From an uncultured virus (IMG/VR IMGVR_UViG_3300020375_000072) (lineage: Duplodnaviria; Heunggongvirae; Uroviricota; Caudoviricetes), in the IMG/VR virus record IMGVR_UViG_3300020375_000072: DNA of 64,000 nt; one strand, 5' to 3'. A program made the position numbers and the translations under genes. Within the stretch, counting starts at the first letter, position 1. Every line of letters starts with the position of its first letter. Under the pieces are notes generated by a model that did not search any database, was not told where the DNA came from, and saw nothing but the letters and a program-made list of their open reading frames with translations. Below are positions 60,365 to 64,000 of the stretch, piece after piece.

Positions 60365-61627
60365 ATGGATAAAATGAAATGGTGGAATCGTGACCGGTTT
60401 AAACACGTGACACGACCTTATTCTCACAGTGAAGTCAAATCATTAAGCGGTTCCTTGAAGATAGAATATACGCTCGCAAAAATTGGATCAGAAAAGCTCT
60501 GGGACATATTACATACTAAAAAATACGTTAGTGCATTGGGTGCATTGACAGGCAATCAGGCAATGCAACAGGCAAAGGCGGGACTCGATTCAGTATATCT
60601 TTCTGGATGGCAAGTCGCTGGTGATGCGAATGATAGTCTACAAATGTATCCTGATCAATCATTATATGCAGTCAGCAGTGTTCCCACAATAGTCAAAAGA
60701 ATCAACAATACATTTCAACGTGCGGATCAAATCCAAAGAATGGAAGATAAGACACCATTACATCACAAATGGATAGATTATTTTCTTCCAATTGTAGCTG
60801 ATGCGGAGTCAGGATTTGGTGGAGTTCTCAATACACATGAATTAGTAAAAGCATTAATTGAGGCTGGTGCATCAGGGATACATTTAGAGGACCAACTATC
60901 ATCTGCTAAAAAGTGTGGGCACATGGGAGGAAAGGTTTTAGTTCCTACTCAAGATATGATTAACAAACTTATAGCCTCAAGATTAGCCGCAGACATTATG
61001 GATGTACCAACTGTAATTATTGCAAGAACTGATGCTCTATCTGGTGCATTGTTACAGACTGATAGTGACGGACAAGATCGTAAATTTATGACGGGTGAAA
61101 GAACCGAAGAAGGATTTTTCAGAACAAAAGCTGGAATGGATCAAGCGGTAGCAAGAGGTTTGGCGTATGGAGAATATTGTGATCTGTTATGGATGGAAAC
61201 AGGAAACCCTGACATTGGAGAATGTAGAGAATTTGTACAAGATATTAGATCAATATATCCAAATATGTTATTTGCATACAACTGTTCACCATCATTCAAC
61301 TGGAAAGCAAAATTGAGTGATAAAGAGATTAGAACTTTCAAAGATGAACTAGGAGATCTGGATGTAAAATATCAATTCATAACTCTAGCAGGATTTCATT
61401 CTTTGAATTATGGTATGTTTGAACTATCTGAAAAGTATAGGGATACTGGTATGTCTGGTTTTGTTGAACTTCAAGAAAAGGAATTTGCAGCACAAGAAAG
61501 AGGATTTACAGCAGTCAAACATCAACGGGAGGTTGGTGCTAGTTATTTTGATCAGATTGGACAATTATGTACAGGAAGTTCAGATCTTAGTGCGATTAAA
61601 GGTTCAACAGAAGAGGAACAATTTTAA
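60365..61627 (+). CDS. aceA: isocitrate lyase
   Basis: YLSGWQVA, MYPDQSLY, PIVADAESGFGG, HLEDQ..SAKKCGHMGGK, AYNCSPSFNW, QFITLAGFH and KHQREVG motifs. Confidence 0.97.
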   Translation: MDKMKWWNRDRFKHVTRPYSHSEVKSLSGSLKIEYTLAKIGSEKLWDILHTKKYVSALGALTGNQAMQQAKAGLDSVYLSGWQVAGDANDSLQMYPDQSLYAVSSVPTIVKRINNTFQRADQIQRMEDKTPLHHKWIDYFLPIVADAESGFGGVLNTHELVKALIEAGASGIHLEDQLSSAKKCGHMGGKVLVPTQDMINKLIASRLAADIMDVPTVIIARTDALSGALLQTDSDGQDRKFMTGERTEEGFFRTKAGMDQAVARGLAYGEYCDLLWMETGNPDIGECREFVQDIRSIYPNMLFAYNCSPSFNWKAKLSDKEIRTFKDELGDLDVKYQFITLAGFHSLNYGMFELSEKYRDTGMSGFVELQEKEFAAQERGFTAVKHQREVGASYFDQIGQLCTGSSDLSAIKGSTEEEQF

Positions 61628-61677
61628 TAACTACTAAATAAAATTATTGGGAGCGGAAGGCTCTTTGAGGTATATTC

Positions 61678-62133
61678 ATGATTAAAAAATGGTATGATTG
61701 GAAAGAAATGCGAAGAGATGTGAACACTCTTTGTAGAGAGATTGTTCTCGCAAAATTCGACCCTGATGTTATAGTAGGTATATCAAGGGGAGGACTCTTA
61801 CCAGGAGTCATGATGAGTCATTGGTTACAAAAACCTTTCAAACCAATTAAAGCAGCATTAAGAGATTTTCCAGAATGGGAAGATTATTTACCAAGAAAAA
61901 CTGATAAACGTGTTTTAATTGTTGATGATGTGTGTGACTCTGGTGAAACTTTTCATAAAATTAAAACTTTTATTACAGAGAGAGCAAACGGTGTAGATGT
62001 CCGGTTTGCTGTTCTTTGGTGGAATAATGAGTGTAATTTTGAACCTCATTATTATGCACAGGAATGTGCGAAGGATTCAGAAGATATCTGGATTCATTTT
62101 CCCTGGGAGCATTGGTGGAATGTTCCCGTTTAA
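61678..62133 (+). CDS. purine phosphoribosyltransferase (Gpt-like)
   Basis: GISRGGL, PRPP motif LIVDDVCDSGET, and WIHFPWE. Confidence 0.88.
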   Translation: MIKKWYDWKEMRRDVNTLCREIVLAKFDPDVIVGISRGGLLPGVMMSHWLQKPFKPIKAALRDFPEWEDYLPRKTDKRVLIVDDVCDSGETFHKIKTFITERANGVDVRFAVLWWNNECNFEPHYYAQECAKDSEDIWIHFPWEHWWNVPV

Positions 62134-62157
62134 CAATTTAACTCGGAAGGAGTTAAG

Positions 62158-63243
62158 ATGAAGAAAATCATTGCCTTAGTGGCGGTGGCTACAATGTTTG
62201 TAGCTTTTAGTATTAGTATCGTTGGTAAGAAATTACCTTCAGTTGGTTATGTTCTAGTGGGTCCAAAAAATGATGGTGGATGGTCGATGAGACATTCACA
62301 AGGATTTGAATCTCTAACAAAACATGGTTATAACGTTTCTGGAGTGGAAGCTGTACCAGAAGCAGAATCTGCAAAAATATTTCTTAAACTTGCACGAAAA
62401 CATGATATTGTTTTTGGAACATCTTTTGGATATATGGATGGAATGGTAAAAGCTGCAAAGAAAGCACCGGATACGATTTTCATGCACGCTACGGGTTTTA
62501 AAGGTAGTGAAAATATGGACAACTATAATTGTCAGTCCTATCAAGCACGATACCTTACAGGTATAGCTGCGGGTCTGTTGACCAAAACAAATAAGATTGG
62601 AGTAGTTGGATCTCATCCAATTCCTGAAATTATTCGTAATATCAATGCGATTGCAATTGGTGCAAGATCAGTTAATCCAAAAGCAGAAGTTAGTATCGTC
62701 TGGATAAATTCTTGGTTTAATCCTCCTAAAGACATGGAAGCAGCCAAAGCACTTCTTGATGATGGAAATGATATTTTATATACAACAACAGATTCACCTA
62801 GTGTAGTTGTACTTGCACAACAAGCTTGGAAAAAAGATGGTCAAGAAGTATGGAGTATGGGTAATGATGCACCTATGGGTAGCCACGGCCCAGACCGTTA
62901 TGTTACTGGTATGATGTTCAACTGGAATGTCCTCTATAAACACCTCGTTGATCAACTTGCAGCAGGGAAGCTGAAAATGGGTCAAAGTTGGAGTTGGGGA
63001 TTACAAAAAAATTGTGTTGGATTATCGCCTTGGGGTAAAAATGTACCAGGACATGTTGTGAATATAGTTGAAACAGTTAAAATGAACTGGATCAATGATA
63101 AGATGGATCAATTTTTTCCATATTCATCAGGTATTACTAAGCAGGATGGAACAAAAATTGCTGCTGGTGTTATCAAAAGACCTACGTTGGAAACTATGCA
63201 ATATTTTGTAGAGGGCGTTGTTAATAAATTTCCTGTGCAATAG
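62158..63243 (+). CDS. BMP-family ABC transporter substrate-binding protein (purine/nucleoside-type)
   Basis: Signal peptide; VGPKNDGGW, FGTSFGYMD, YQARYLTGIAAG, PIPEIIRNINA and SWFNP motifs. Confidence 0.9.
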   Translation: MKKIIALVAVATMFVAFSISIVGKKLPSVGYVLVGPKNDGGWSMRHSQGFESLTKHGYNVSGVEAVPEAESAKIFLKLARKHDIVFGTSFGYMDGMVKAAKKAPDTIFMHATGFKGSENMDNYNCQSYQARYLTGIAAGLLTKTNKIGVVGSHPIPEIIRNINAIAIGARSVNPKAEVSIVWINSWFNPPKDMEAAKALLDDGNDILYTTTDSPSVVVLAQQAWKKDGQEVWSMGNDAPMGSHGPDRYVTGMMFNWNVLYKHLVDQLAAGKLKMGQSWSWGLQKNCVGLSPWGKNVPGHVVNIVETVKMNWINDKMDQFFPYSSGITKQDGTKIAAGVIKRPTLETMQYFVEGVVNKFPVQ

Positions 63244-63453
63244 GTGAGTAAAGTAAAACAGCCTGATCCACTTAGTGAGGGTTGGGAGGAATATAAGGAG
63301 CTCGTTCGTACACATTTAATGACGAGCGAGCCCCGTAGTAAATGTTTAACACATGAAAATTGTCATTTAAATTCTTTTTATCCAGGAAAATTGTATCGTG
63401 CAATGAAAATGGAAAGAGATGAAAATGGCACTCTTAGAATAATTAAGGAGTAA
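63244..63453 (+). CDS. small hypothetical protein
   Basis: GTG start directly after the upstream stop; fills the gap. Confidence 0.5.
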   Translation: MSKVKQPDPLSEGWEEYKELVRTHLMTSEPRSKCLTHENCHLNSFYPGKLYRAMKMERDENGTLRIIKE

Positions 63454-63457
63454 TAAT

Positions 63458-64000
63458 ATGGAAGGCTTATTTGAAAGTATTTTGACCGCAATAGCGGTCG
63501 TGATTAATGGTATACCTCAGGGGATTTTAGCCTTATCCTTTGGGTTTGCCGCATTTCCTACCGCAATTGCATTTGTTATTGGTATTTTAGGTTCAATAGC
63601 ATTTGCTTCAGTAGCAACTATTTCGTTTCAAGCAGAAACGATTACGCTCGCTGGTACTTTGGGTAGTACTATGAAAGAGAGATTATCTCTCATATTTTGG
63701 GGTGCCGCATTATTGTTGATTCCATCAATACTTGGAATGAATGAGGCACTTGTTCAATTTATAGGACCAGTAGTTGTTACATCAATGATGTGTGGTGTTG
63801 GTCTTATGTTGGCAAACGTGTCAATGGATTTATTCAATTCAGAGAAGTGGACAGGTATAGCATCAATGGTTAGTGCATTGGTTGTTTGGTTCTGGACTAA
63901 AGATCTGGCATGGACAATCATTGCATCCGTAGCTATTTCTACTGCATTTTATGTCTTACTTAAAACCAATGCAATGTTACGAGAAACATTGGGAGTAGAG
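63458..64000 (+). CDS. NCS2/AzgA-like nucleobase permease (3'-partial)
   Basis: Not in the ORF track; AAGGAG RBS, then MEGLFESILTAIAVVINGIPQGILALSFGFAAFPTA...ISFQAETITLAG; hydrophobic and open to the window end. Confidence 0.75.
   Translation, partial: MEGLFESILTAIAVVINGIPQGILALSFGFAAFPTAIAFVIGILGSIAFASVATISFQAETITLAGTLGSTMKERLSLIFWGAALLLIPSILGMNEALVQFIGPVVVTSMMCGVGLMLANVSMDLFNSEKWTGIASMVSALVVWFWTKDLAWTIIASVAISTAFYVLLKTNAMLRETLGVE

Noticed and set aside
1..64000. tRNA/rRNA genes, transposases, homing endonucleases, stop-codon reassignment
   Set aside because: Intergenic gaps are short with no cloverleaf seen, there are no mobile-element motifs, and recognisable genes are full length in the standard code.

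Overview
A 64-kb, AT-rich, gene-dense segment of a large T4-like myovirus genome, probably aquatic or marine. Every credible gene is on the + strand and reads in the standard code. Five blocks follow in order. (1) 1-9.4 kb: conserved T4-like hypotheticals and probable head-packaged or virion proteins, including a cytidyltransferase-like gene. (2) 9.4-27.5 kb: a sigma70-driven block with gp61 primase, a Mom-like adenine modifier, a ~14-kb glycosyltransferase/methyltransferase/nucleotide-sugar island containing thyX, a class II ribonucleotide reductase and glutaredoxin, ending in a terminator. (3) 27.6-42 kb: a late-promoter (TATAAATA) structural block with two giant fibre proteins, three peptidase-S74 chaperone proteins and a family of Cys-rich proteins. 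One of these carries 27 strictly alternating cysteines, (C-K)n, directly before its autocleavage site. (4) 42-60 kb: an 18-kb tailoring-enzyme array with two radical SAM enzymes, two intact and one degenerate flavin halogenase-like genes, about ten 2OG-Fe(II)/cupin-fold oxygenases (three with the same His-to-Tyr ligand change), a glycosyltransferase and a methyltransferase. (5) 60-64 kb: isocitrate lyase and a purine uptake/salvage cassette. The best candidate for an undescribed system is the (CK)n/S74 fibre-tip family plus the adjacent radical SAM/SPASM-halogenase-oxygenase array, which looks like RiPP-style post-translational modification or metal loading of virion proteins. All family calls come from motif recognition by eye; no searches were run.
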